DNA from: Mytilus californianus
Lineage: Eukaryota
NCBI RefSeq assembly: GCF_021869535.1
Contig: NW_026262701.1
Location: forward strand, 21,576,001-21,640,000
Direction of reading: 5' to 3'
Length of the DNA stretch: 64,000 bases
The notes under the pieces were generated by a model. The model ran no database searches. It was not told where the DNA came from and was given only the letters and a program-made list of their open reading frames with translations. Made by a program: the position numbers and the translations under genes. This document shows positions 35,668-48,105 of this stretch, piece by piece (position 1 is the first letter of the stretch; each line of letters opens with the position of its first letter).

Positions 35668-35725
35668 AAACTGATTGATGAGAAATATTCTCTATTCTGG
35701 CTGACAAATCTTTGCGCTTTATATA
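35668..35725 (-). promoter_or_regulatory. Copy 2 core promoter: TATATAAAG (35717-35725) with expanded spacer to Inr-like TCAGTTT
   Basis: 53 nt from TATA start to the Inr-like A vs 26 nt in copies 1 and 3. Confidence 0.6.
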
Positions 35726-36954
35726 CATTTGATATAGCAATCAACTCACTGCAAATGAAGAGGAAAACACCATCACAAACATGATCCTATTACATAAGAT
35801 TGAAATTAGAATAAAAAGTTTAGTGTATTACATAATCCGTATTCCTTGTCATGTTAGATGAAAGAATGAATATAAAATTTTTTAAAATACCAAAAAAATT
35901 ATGAATATGTTAACTTTACGATTCATTAAAAGAAAAAGAAAATCATTATACTGCTGTTGTAATAAGTGACAACCTTTTTCTTTCAAACAAAGGCAATTTT
36001 ACTGAAAGCATTTCTTTGCTATCTCACCCTATTCAAAATGAGAAGAAAGTTGATTTAAAAACCAGCACTTGTTAAACGGGTTTTAACAGAATTTGGGAAG
36101 TGAGATAACTGTGTTGAACCCACGGCTTTTTCAATAATTATTGTTTTCATTGATCTTGCCCATATATAAACTGATTAAAATATATCCATTGTGGGCTATA
36201 GCATGACTCCAAAATGACGTCAGGATACATATTCTGTCCAAACGTTATTGTTTTGTTTTAACGGCTCTTTTTTCTTAACTTTAAAAAGTATTTTCGCCTA
36301 GAAGTGGACGTTTATTACAAAGTTCTATTCGATCTATCAGAATGTCATTTGTTTCGCGCCTTTAACTTCTTTGACTTAACCATTATGATGCGGGGATACA
36401 TTTTTACACCTCTAATCTAGTTAAATAGTGGAGTGCTGGCTTAAAAATAATTTGCCACATGGGATTTTTTTTTTTCAGGAACTTGGCCAACGATGGCTCT
36501 GAATATCTTACATGCACTTTGCAAAGGGGTTTTAACTAAAGTTTCCGTTGCTGATTAACCGTTTTATATAATACTTTTTTATGCTTGTCTTTTTTAGAAG
36601 ACTTTTTCAGTTAAAATGAGATCTGATTATTCAATATCACAAAATTGTTGAAAATATCAAGAAGGGCTATAAATAGCTTGATTCGGACACCACACCAAGG
36701 GGCATAATTATCAATGTCCTATCTTCAACATTGCAGACCAGAATTAAAAATCATGACTACATTCTCTTTTTTGTTGATCTTGTATTGCTGATTATTTTTG
36801 TCTAACAGTATCTCTGTGTCGTCTATTGTTTTTGCTAAAACATAAAAAGGATTAAAACACACTCCTTTTAAGGGCAATAACTCCTATCAGAATACAACTG
36901 ACAAATTCTATGGTGACCTATTTGCAGATCCTGGCTTGCTGATTATTATAAAAA

Positions 36955-37080
36955 TAAGGAGATGTGGTATGATTGCCAATGAGACATTATGAACCAAAAT
37001 TCAAATGTAGTGGATTTAAGCAATTATAGGCAACCATACGGCCTCCAACAATAACAAAAAGGTCCCGATATGAAAATAGG
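36955..37080. mobile_element. Short ATGATTGCC-family repeat nested in HINE-like sequence
   Basis: GGAGATGTGGTATGATTGCCAATGAGAC head only. Confidence 0.7.
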
Positions 37081-38149
37081 TAGTGCAGACGAAGGATTCT
37101 AATAAAAACTGTAGTTAACTGGCCCGATAACACAGTTATTTGGTTGTGTTTTTTTTCAAATTTCTATTTATCCTTCATAGTTTTCAAGATAAAAGGCAAA
37201 TACGCAAACCATTAGAAAAAAGCATGTAGGCACAATAACTCCTATAAGGATTCGTCTGACGATTTCGGTCTTTTGACTTAATTGTGGATCATGTCTTGCT
37301 GATCTTGTTTCTTGTATCTAAAAAATCTATTTATGGATAACAGTTTTCAATATAATAGACAAAAATGCAAACAATGGTACAAATTGTCATTTCAGGACAA
37401 TAACGCCAATAAGGAATCGATGTCAGATTATCTGTAGATATTGTCTTGTGAATCAGTTTTGCTCTTAAACTTTTTCTTTATCTGTTATAGTTGTAAAGAT
37501 AAGAGGCAAAAATAAAAACAAAAATCACTCCTGCAAGACTTCGCCTGACAGATTTGATATAAATAGACAGTATGTAGCTCGCAAAATTTTGAACATTTCT
37601 GCCCGTCAGATTTTCCCATTTTATAGTTGCTAAAAAGATTAAACACAAATTGCATTTGCCCCTGTTGTCTTTTTTTCAGCCATGTCGACCATGTTGGTTT
37701 GCGGACAGGATCATTTGATACTTTTTGCGTTTAAATTTATCAAGGATGGTTTGAGGCTTAGTTTGGTTCTAATTGGCCAAGAAGTTGAAAGGTGAAGTTA
37801 TTTGTAAAAGTAAACGCATGACGACGACGGTCAATGACGAACGACGGACGCAAAGTCATGAAAATATCGCACTTGGAATTTTGGACAATTTAACGTAGAT
37901 TGAAATGCCAGGGTAATCTGGTGTTATTGGTTTTCGTACGAACGAACATTTGTATTTCTTGACGGCTAGTATTCTCTTTATCAAGCCTTATGAACAGTAA
38001 ATGGGTTAAAAGAAAAATTTAAATAGATATTGTAAAATAAAAACGAGGATAATTTTTTTGCAATATTTAATGTATTCCTAGAATAGTCAATTCAAGTTTG
38101 ATACATATTTAACAATGCATTATTTGTAGTGAAGTGAAACCATTATGAA

Positions 38150-38820
38150 GAAGGAGACGTAGTATGATTGCTGGTGAGACAACTATCCACCAAAGTTCAA
38201 ATGAAGTGGATGTAAGCAATTATAGGCAACCGTGCGGCCTTCAACAATGAGAAAAACGTATACCGTATTGTCGGCTATAACAGGCCCAAACTTGAAAAAT
38301 ATGGAACAATTCAATTGAGAAAACAACCGGCCTTATTCATAACAAAACAATTTACAAAATAGAATATGATAGACTTGAACCAACGACAACCAATCTAACG
38401 AAAACACATGTTGGACGTGGCAGCGTATCTATACATCCCACAAGAAAAAAGACTAAGTAAAGATCGCGAGTACTCGCAGGTACTGAGAGCTAGTTCAAAG
38501 CCATTAAACTAATAAAACAAATCATGTATCTAAGACTTACATATTGATAAGTACACATCCAACATCCAATAGATTTAGTATAAAGACGTCATTTACACTC
38601 AGAAAAAAACATGACCTTGTGGAATGCCAAAATGTAGGTATCAACAGATTGTACTATCGTGAATGTGCATATGTGTGTAACATTAGTATTTGGTATGGTT
38701 TTTATATTACTGATAACAAAATCAATATGTATATCAATAAAAACATTATTCAAAGATCAAATTACAGTGTTGAATTCGTAACCTTTTAGAATAAGTTTAT
38801 TTAAAGTATTGATAGGTTTA
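38150..38820. mobile_element. ATGATTGCC-family repeat, long form
   Basis: Colinear with 33317-33950 apart from an internal difference. Confidence 0.8.
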
Positions 38821-41417
38821 CCCGGGTCGTATCTAAATTTCTGGGCTCGTTAAACAACATCCTCGTAAGAATTAGTATGTGTTTTTCCGTTTGAAATAAG
38901 TCGTCTACAGATACAGTCAAACTAACACACAAAATCTTTGTATCTATGATAGAATTTAGTAAAAAAGATTATAGTAATTTGTGGTATCGTAATCACTGAC
39001 TTAATGATCTACCAGTAATACATACATAGATTACACTCATTGAATTTCAAAACTTCACTCGAACACGGGCATAGCGAACGAGTTGTGATATATAAACACC
39101 GTAAGACGGTGCCAAAGCAACATCACCGTCCAAAAAAGAAAATTTTAATTTTTTTATAGTAAATTAGGTGTGCTTGATCGACATTTTTTCCAATGTACAT
39201 GAAAGAAAAAGGTGATTAAAGTACTAGTTTTCTCTTTTTAATCCAACATGAATACACACGAAATAACATCGCATGTTGAATTGATGCATTTATCAAATAT
39301 TATGACTATTTTTGTTGTCCATTGGTGTTATACCCAATTTTTTTTTAAATCTAAAGCTTTATGATATTTTACCAAAAAAATGAAAAAAAAAATAATAATA
39401 ATTTACAAAATTTAATGTTATTATTAATTTCGTTGTCTTTTTTGTTTAATGCGTCTTTTTTTTTTGTAGAATTGTTTGGTTCTGAACAAAATAAGATAGT
39501 CCATGACCTTAAATAAGAAAGAAAAGGTAAGATAATGCCACTTTATTGCTCTTTGAGTTTTATCTTACATATTGGCACTTAGGCTTCAGGCATATTTCAT
39601 TTAAGGTAGATCGGGTGTTTAAATTTTAGCGCCTTCTGCGCAACATGTTGCGCATAGTGTTGTCAATTGTGCAATCTGTCGTTAAATTTTATCAAAATAA
39701 TATTGTAACTTATTATTTTTTAATTTCTGTGAAAATTATCAGAAACGTTTTTTAAATAGTATTTTATTCACTCAATCATCAAAATAATAATCTCATTTCA
39801 GTTTGATTGCTGCAAATTGTTTACTTCCGTTTATGGCGACCCGCACAACATGGTCAAGAATGGAAAAAAAATGAAAAATAAACTGTGATCGTGATACAGT
39901 GGACTGCTTTTTATAAATACTGTGATGTAGAATTGCATATTAACAATATGATCTTCGTCCTGGTAGCGTATGAAGCAATTCAACACAGATTCTGCACAAA
40001 AAGTAGACGACAGAAAAAATCTGAGGTAAACAAGTTAATTTTTGATTCAACCATGCTGGATCTATGCGATCACTCTGGTTTTGGAGATTGTGCAGAATAC
40101 TAAGTTGAAGATATATCATAGAACTAATTATGTGTTTTTACAACTTGCAGAAACTTTCTACACTATTTTAATCATGAACTGACAACTTTTGACATGTTAT
40201 TTGCCCTTAAATTAAGGAAAGATTGGTCGAACAACCCTTTTATTTTAGATATACACTTGCATATAGTTCCTTTGTAAATCAAAATTTATTATGATTCACT
40301 ATCTATGAATTAATTTGAAAAAGTATTTGTACATCAATTGAATCAGTTGATAATAATTTTGAAAGTATTATATTAGTATCTTATGCTTGAGTAAGTTATT
40401 GTTCAATGAAATTTAGGTCAACATGTGTATATATATATCTAAGTTGATTCCCACACTTTTTTGAAATGGTATTACTCCAATTCTTTCCATAGGCAAGTAA
40501 GAGTCAGTATGATTATCAACTGTCATGATTTTCAAATAATTACACTCAAAGGTGTCAGTATTAATTAAAAACAACCCCAGTCTTAATTCACCACAGTTAA
40601 TATATCATGACCTGTTACGTAATTAAATAGACACAATTTATTACACACCTAACTGAATACACACATTCTTGACCTTAATAGCAAACCTACAAATGTATTA
40701 ATTATTTTGATCTACACTAATTTAAAATATTCTGTCAATTTTGCTAGCTAGCTGAATGATTAATCAGATGTGGGTTTTTTTTTCAAAGAAAAGACAACAA
40801 ATGAAAAAAAAATATGTAAAAAAAATGCAAGCAAATTTTATTTCACAAGTAAAATCAGTGTCATTATCATCTGACATAAGTCAATAATCAAGTTCTTATT
40901 AATTAGTCACACTTATCAAAAAATTGGTTGAAATGATAATCAACTTGCGACTAAAGTCGCTCGTTGATTATCGTTTACGAATCCACTACTTCTTATCAAT
41001 TCTCTACTACAGAATGAACACCAATTTAGATAAAAAATAGTTATTATTTTCTTTAATTTTTGTTGTTGAGAAAGTGCATTTCCAAGGCCACTTTCTGAAA
41101 AATTATTAAGCCAGTTATTATTAATGGCATATAAAAAATATATTACTTGTTTGACGATTTCCCTTTCCATTTTTGTCTATACCATTAAATTGCAAATATT
41201 TATAAAAAAAATCTGACAGAGTGTAAGATTATAATATCAATATTTGCATCAGTATTGCGAAATTTTATAGTAAGATTGGAAAAAATATGGTCAGAAAGAA
41301 TATTCGACTAGCTATGAATATGGCTGGATCACAACATCGACGATGATTTGATTTTTTGTGTTGCTGCCTGCCGTAAGTATAATTTATATCGTATCGTCTG
41401 CAATAATCTTACAAATT

Positions 41418-41610
41418 ATGGTCGAAAGATCTCCATCAGGAAGATTCAAAAAAGCAAAAACGTACTTTAGGGCAAATAATTTTATTAACACTGACGACAA
41501 AAACTCACTTTCAGACCCCTCTTCTTCTTATCATAATGAAGACACAGCTTCTGAGATGCCTTCTGTACATGTAGAGGTTCTTGTCAATCTTGACCACACA
41601 TATGCCTTAC
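41418..41610 (+). pseudogene. Probable first coding exon of the transposase (MVERSPSGRFKKAK...DHTYA)
   Basis: Basic R..GRF start and DHxY motif resemble N-termini of this transposase class; followed by a repeat insertion. Confidence 0.45.
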
Positions 41611-41639
41611 CGCTGGTACCGCTGGTTTTCATACCACAA

Positions 41640-42143
41640 AGGGATGATTAGGATTGGCTTTAGGGGGTTATTTCTCAAACAGTTTAGGAATTAGGGACAA
41701 AAATTGGGAAAAAACAAGGGTTTCCTGGTTAATGGACAATTTAAAAGCAGTGTAAGGTAGGTAATACAAAAAAAAATTGAGATTATGACCATATCTTGAT
41801 GGAAAGAATTTTTTTTTGAAAAGGGGGAGGGGGTTAAAAAAGAAATTGTGAGGGCAATTTTTTTTTTTCATTTCAGATTTCAGAAATTAAAAAGAAAACT
41901 TCTTCAAATATTTATTTTTTTGGGGGTCAATTCGCAACAGCATAGTGTATTGCACAAAAGCAAAAAATTGAATATAAATTCAAATGATATAACCAATTCT
42001 AAGTTTATGTGTCAAATATTTAATTACAATCCAAATTCAGACCTGTATCAAGTGCGAATATTGTGTCCATTTTCGCCCCAACTGTTCAGGGTTGGACCTC
42101 TGCGGTCGTATCCAGCTGCGCTTAGCGAAGCATTTTATCTACT
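41640..42143 (-). mobile_element. HINE-like repeat nested in the Kolobok element
   Basis: Minus strand ATAAAATGCTTCGCTAAGCGCAGCTGGATACGACCGCAGAGG end; G/C-run-rich interior. Confidence 0.55.
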
Positions 42144-43616
42144 ATACATGCTATATATATATTCAGACAGAAAGTTTGGGATACACTGGTATCATTTGTA
42201 ACAACAAACATGCAAGTAACCATTTTTTCTGTATAGCACCGAAACCAACAACACAAATGTATGAAACAAATTCCTATAATATATTGACCTATATGTTGTA
42301 TACCCATTTTGCACTAGTGCAATATACCTTAAAAATTAATTGCGTCTATTATAAACAACAAAACAAAAATAAATTTTATTTTTATTAAGCTTGCTTTGAA
42401 AATTTTAATGCAAAATGAGATTCTTTTTTGGACAATATTCCGCATTAATCCTTCAAAAGCTCTATAATACATTTACCATTGATCTCTTTTGGAAAATTTC
42501 ATAATTTAGTCCTTGTTTATTTTCAAGTTATGTAAGTGGTTATAATTAACCACATTAAAATTTATAAGGAAATTCTGTTCACTCAAAAAGTACCATGTTA
42601 AGTTAAAAGGGACATAATCGGGTATATGTTCAAATGAACAGATTGCACACAAGAACACAGTTTTAATAATACATCGAAGATTTAGTTTGAGATCAGTATA
42701 CATACCGTCATTACAAATTTGTGAAAAATTACCAGTAATACATATTTTCAGCATATTGATACAAATGTACAGGATAATTTTCAAATAGAGTTAATAGTCA
42801 AATTACAGATGCAATCTTTACTGTCATGGTAACAATTTGAATATATATATATATAAACATGATAGATGAAAGCTTTATTTTTATACAATAGAAAATGAAG
42901 AAAAAAAGGAATCACAGTATCTGCAGACACTTGCTGGCAAAAAAAAAGGTTCTGGAAGGGCATATAATAGTTTGTCAGGCATGATATTAATTGAGCTTAA
43001 ACAACATGAACAAACAATCAGATAATTTATTTTATTATAAAAACTATTTTTCTGTTAAGCTAGATATATTAGGTCATAGGGTCCTATTTTTTTTTAATTT
43101 CACATTAATACATCCTTAACATTACCATTCTTAACTGTCATACAAAAGTCTCTTGTAGATCTGATAATTTCTCTGCAAATATTTTAGTTAAACTGAATTT
43201 TCATGAAACCTTTATATGAAAGATGAGTTTGAAGATGAATTTTGGTTTTCAAATCCTTCTAATTTATAATAATGACAGTTTATTTCCGTGAAAGGCATGT
43301 TATGTAGATATACACGAAGGAAAACATTTTTTGTCAGAATATTACAAGGGAAGATAATGTTGTGAAATTTTTGAAAGGGGAGACAATTCAGCTTGAAGGT
43401 TTTAACTGATTTAAACGAGAAATATAAAGCTTGGACAATAAATGGCAGAATAGACAAGGAGGAGGGTGTTTTCTTCTGTGAGCTTGATCAAAATAATTAT
43501 AGTTTGGGCTAATGCAGATATTGCTTATTTCTTACAATATTACAATATGGGGCATTTATGTCCTTTAAACTCAAAATTTTATTTAAGCTAGTTTAAATTG
43601 AAATAAATAATTTCAG

Positions 43617-44374
43617 GGGTATCAACATTGATCGCTAAAAATACAGGAGGAGTTGTCCATCATGCAATAAGATGTCAGCAATGCAGAATCTGTGACAGTG
43701 CAACAAAAAGGGGGATTCAGCCCAAAGAGCACAATTGTAAGAAAAAGTGGACAGGCTCAGCAAAGGCTATGGTGCCTGATATGCTAGTTCAGATGGTAAT
43801 GGATGTGAAGAACAAAGGGATCAACATAGATGAAATTGCAGGTGATGATGATACGACTGGATTCGACAGGCTGAAAAAGATATATCCCCAATCAAACATG
43901 ATTAAAACCAGTGACAGAAATCATGTCAAAAAGAAGCAGCTCTTAAAGGTTATGAATTCTTTACTAAAGATTTTTTCATTCATGATAGATCAAAACAAAG
44001 GTGATGTTGAAGGAATGGAAAATGGCCTAAAAGCTATAGTAGAGCACATGTATGTGGACCACACTAATTGTAATAGATCATGGTGTGGATTTCTTAAAGA
44101 CGGAGAAAAATATAAGCACAGTAATTTACCTCATGGAAAAGACCTGACGTCTGATTCATTACGGACAGACATGGAGAAGATATTTTTTGGGAATGAGTCA
44201 GTTAATACAAGCAAGCTTGCATCCCTGTCAAGCTCACAAGCAAATGAAAACTTTAACAACATGATTGCTGCAAAAGCTCCAAAAGCGAAGCACTACTCGT
44301 CATAAGCAAGCTTGGGCTACAGGGTAGATTCTTCTATCTTGCAAAAGAATGAAGGATATGCCTATGTTAGTGAG
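43617..44374 (+). pseudogene. DDE transposase core exon (CxxC...HNC, GDDDTT, DRNHVKK, HxxxDHxxC..WC, SQANENFN..AAKAPK)
   Basis: ORF 43628-44305 plus homologous read-through SLGYRV..ILQKNEG beyond a premature TAA (44303-44305); CAG acceptor and GT donor. Confidence 0.85.
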
Positions 44375-44961
44375 GTGTAACTATATGCACCTTTTATTAG
44401 CTCTTTGAAAAATTTAAAAGATAGATGATCAATGTATACTACAGTCTAAGAGTTACTACTCTGGAAATATTAACTTTAGCAGTTTTTGGCTTTTAATCCC
44501 AAACTACTGTAAATTCAGAAATTATTGCATGCATTTATTATTGCGATTTTTGAGAAATAAACGCTACTGCGAGATTAATAACTGCGATTTATTGCAGTGG
44601 CTCCGGATTTCCAGGTGACGAAATAATTTAAGCTTCTTGAAGCTTGTTGTTATAACTTTCATTCATTGGAAAAACACTACAAACATTCTCTATGGAGATA
44701 ATTATTTGAATGGTCTGAGAAAGAACATTTTTTTTTTCATATTAGGTGAATAAAAATTTAGGCAGATATATCAACAAAATGTATGCAAGATAAATCAACT
44801 TGAATGCATGGATATGGAATATTACATCAGTTACGACTTGTCGCTTTATTTACAACTACATCTAAATTTATATGCTATGTCTCTATTCATATCTTAATCA
44901 GTATGAAAAAAAAATAATTCAAAACTTTGTCTTATTTTCTTTATTTTATATATCTTTGAAG

Positions 44962-45161
44962 GTTCATGCATCCATGGGACTGTCTCCTGGAAAGGAAACA
45001 AAAACAAAGAAACTCCAGAATCAACATGAAAAGGAACTAAAAACAAAAAAAAAGGCAAAAACCAAAGAAGCCAAGAGAAGACGTTTCTTCTTAAAGCAGA
45101 CAAGAACATATGACTTCTAGTAAAGAAATAAGGGAAGGAAAAACTTACGAAAGTGAAATAG
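44962..45161 (+). pseudogene. Transposase C-terminal exon (GLSPGKET...KRRRFFLK...EIREGKTYESEI), one frameshift
   Basis: Splice phases match the neighbouring exons (0 in, 1 out). Confidence 0.75.
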
Positions 45162-45684
45162 GTATATATTAGTACTAAAAAGCCACCATTAATGTTTTCT
45201 GAAATATAATATTTAAATAAATCTTACATAATGAACAGAGTTTCTAACATCAAGGGCAGAATCAGGCGGGAGCGTGGTTGGCATGTGCCCCCCTATAATT
45301 TGTAAAGTATGGGTTGTCCAAAGCTTAATCTCAATAATTTTACCAAAAAAATCTGCGCCCACCTCTCCTTGTCATTTTTTTTTAGTTTGCACCGCCCCTC
45401 CCCCTTTTTTTTTCCCTGTACCTTAAATATTTCATTTAGTAAGATTCATTTATACTGTTATTATGAACTTTAAAATTGTATTTGGATAAATTGGGACTTT
45501 GCTTATTTATAGATTTTAATGTTGAAACAACCAATCTTCATATGTATATGCCTAAATACGATGAGATCTTCAGAATCTTAAAAATGACCACAACTATGCC
45601 AATTCAATACACATGTTTTATACATTTGTATGTTATAAATAAATATTAAAAGAATGCTGTCTTGTGTAGGGGGAAAATATAGAT

Positions 45685-46250
45685 ATAAGAAGATGGGGTA
45701 TGAGTGCCAATGAGACAACTCTACATCTAAGTCAAAATTTATAAAAGTAAACCGTTATTGGTCAAAGTACGGTCTTCAATACGGAGCCCTGGCTCACACC
45801 AAACAGCAAGCTATAGAGGGCCCCAAAAATTACTAGTGTAAAACCATTCAAACGGGAAAACCAATGGTCTAATCTACTAGTATATAAAATACGAAAAACG
45901 AAAACACTTATGAACCACATCAACAAACGACAACTACTGAACATCAGATTCCTGACTTAGAACAGGTTCAAACAATTGCAGCGGGTTTAAATGTTTTAAT
46001 GGTACCAAACCTTCACCCTTATCTGAAACAACAGTGTAACATCACAACATAGAAAGACACACTATAAAATATCAATTGAAATGGCTTAACTCAATCAAAA
46101 GACATATTAACACCAGTGAACATACACTGAACAAATAAATTTGATCTATGATACAATGTAAATACAAAACAAATAAATTAAGGGAAGAATAATTAAAGTA
46201 ACATGTTATACCGCTGTGAAATGTTAAACAATTTAAGAAAAACAATATCC
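45685..46250. mobile_element. ATGATTGCC-related repeat nested in a Kolobok intron
   Basis: AAGAAGATGGGGTATGAGTGCCAATGAGACAAC head and CCTGACTTAGAACAGG core. Confidence 0.8.
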
Positions 46251-46884
46251 TTGAACAAAAATATCAGCCATTTGCAATTACTTTAAACACAGGTAAATGA
46301 AAATAATTTTGTTGTTAGGTATACATGTACAGTTCAAATAGAGAACGGAAATATTTTTACAAAATAAATAATTTTGATGTTCATAGTACGAAGAAGTGAA
46401 AATTTATAGTAATACCAAACACTTATCAAAGCTGGTATAAAGACCAGATATAACCCTGAATAGCATTAAATAACAAAAAAGCATTACAATTAGTATCAAC
46501 AGGTCAAATAAACAAGAAAGTACGATTTGAGAGTACTCGCAGTTACTGACAGCTAGCTAAAAGCCAAAAACATGCATGTATGTAAATATTTTAGAGACAC
46601 TTCCTTTTCTGGTTCTTCTTTGTGATTACTACAGTCTGTGTGAATTTTTTAAATGTATTGAGTTAATTAAAAATGTTGTTTCAAAATTTAAATAAAAGAT
46701 ATAAGGAGATGGGGTATGGGTGCCGATGAGAAAAGTTAATTTAAGAGGATTACTACAATAGATACTTACTCTATGCAGGGATAAAAATCTGTGGTACATT
46801 ACATTTTATATTATCTGCTATTTGAATTATACAAGGTGCACAATGTACATGTTAATCCTTCAATAATTTATGATCAAATTATAG

Positions 46885-47019
46885 GATTAAAACCTGAAGT
46901 AACAGACAAGGAGTCCCAGGAGATTCCTGAAATACAAGACATCACAAAGATCTCTTTGAATGAACAAGAGGTTATCAAAGCACCAGTAATAATTTTTGAT
47001 TTAGAGACAACTGGCCTCA
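46885..47019 (+). pseudogene. Exon ending in DEDD exonuclease ExoI motif IIFDLETTGL
   Basis: TAG acceptor, GTAAGT donor, phase 1 on both sides. Confidence 0.8.
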
Positions 47020-47561
47020 GTAAGTGTAAAATTAACGTCTAATGTTTTAATCTAAGTTTAATTTTGTGATGCACGTCACTTTGATGTGAAAAATGCAAAT
47101 TATACTTGTACATGAATATTGTATGCATGGTAAAAAAAAGTCCATGAGTTAAAAAATGTTTTGCTTACAGTACATCAACAAAAAATTGTTATCAGCACAA
47201 AGCGATTTGTTTATTTTTTTATACAACAGGAAAATTTGAATCACAAAGTTGCGTGCACTATTAAATAGAAACTTTTTGAGTTTATTGTTTGATGTCAATT
47301 GGTTTGTCCAGAACAGATTTAGTGTCAAACATGCATCATTTTTCCTTGGTTAGTTGCTGTCTCTTTCATACATAGCCCATTTTCATTATTTATTATATTT
47401 TATATTCACCTTGACATGCATGTGTCAATAATAATTAAATGCAAGATTTTGTGGCTTTATAAGTGTGTAAATGTGTATGTATGAAGCCAGATAAAAGTTG
47501 TTTTGATATTTCACTTACTCCTTGTCATCAAAGATTCATTTTATTTATTGTTCTATTGTAG

Positions 47562-48105
47562 GTTGGAAATCTGATATTACCCAATTAGCAGCCTATTCAG
47601 AAACAGTGAACTTTAGCACTTACATTTTTCCGTCCCAGGCAATATCCAAAGAAGCATCAGAGGTCACACAAATTTTTGTGAACGGTAATCAGATGTTTCA
47701 CAACAGTACTGCAGTACAATACAAGATGGCCCATGAAGCATTGATGAACTTTATTATATTTTTATCAAGTTTCTAGAAAATGTATTTGTAATTGAAAGAG
47801 GGAATTTTCAGGATAATGTGGTAAAATTTTCATTACCTGTTAGTTATCCTTATGATTCACATGTTATCCAAGAAAACTTGAACACTTTTTCTCATGCTAT
47901 AAATTGTAAAGCAATTTCAAAATCTTGTGCGCTGAAGGCATCAAAATCTAACCTTAAATTGTCTCATTTGAAATTAGCAGCACATCGAGATGGTATGGAT
48001 GGACTTAAAGCCTTACTTGCTGAAAGGTCTAACAAGGGAAGTGTGATAGTAACTAAATGTACAAGAGTTATTCAAAAACTGTTTGATTTTCTGCATGAAG
48101 ATTGA
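47562..48105 (+). pseudogene. DEDD exonuclease body (SDITQLAA...FSTYIFP...ISKEASEVT) and C-terminal KASKSNLKLSHLKLAAHRDGMDGLKALL domain; premature stop and probable internal deletion
   Basis: Splices in frame to give TTGLSWKSDITQLAA; TAG at 47774-47776; ExoII/ExoIII motifs not found. Confidence 0.75.

Larger units (their letters stand above)
28860..38143. repeat. Older paralogous block containing mfp-3 copy 2
   Basis: Colinear but more diverged homology to blocks 1 and 3 (28860 vs 8020; 31620 vs 52805; 35970 vs 18300; 38100 vs 24390). Confidence 0.85.

Noticed and set aside
39601-39627. piggyBac assignment because of TTAA
   Set aside because: Termini are GG..CC rather than CC..GG and the transposase motifs are not piggyBac-like
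39840-41170. Second, divergently oriented Kolobok gene (ORFs 39885 and 40940)
   Set aside because: No recognisable domain or consistent exon chain by eye; needs tblastx against intact copies
42165-42290. ESLGYTGIICNN...YETNS as a remnant of the missing transposase Zn-finger exon
   Set aside because: Resemblance too weak to support without an alignment
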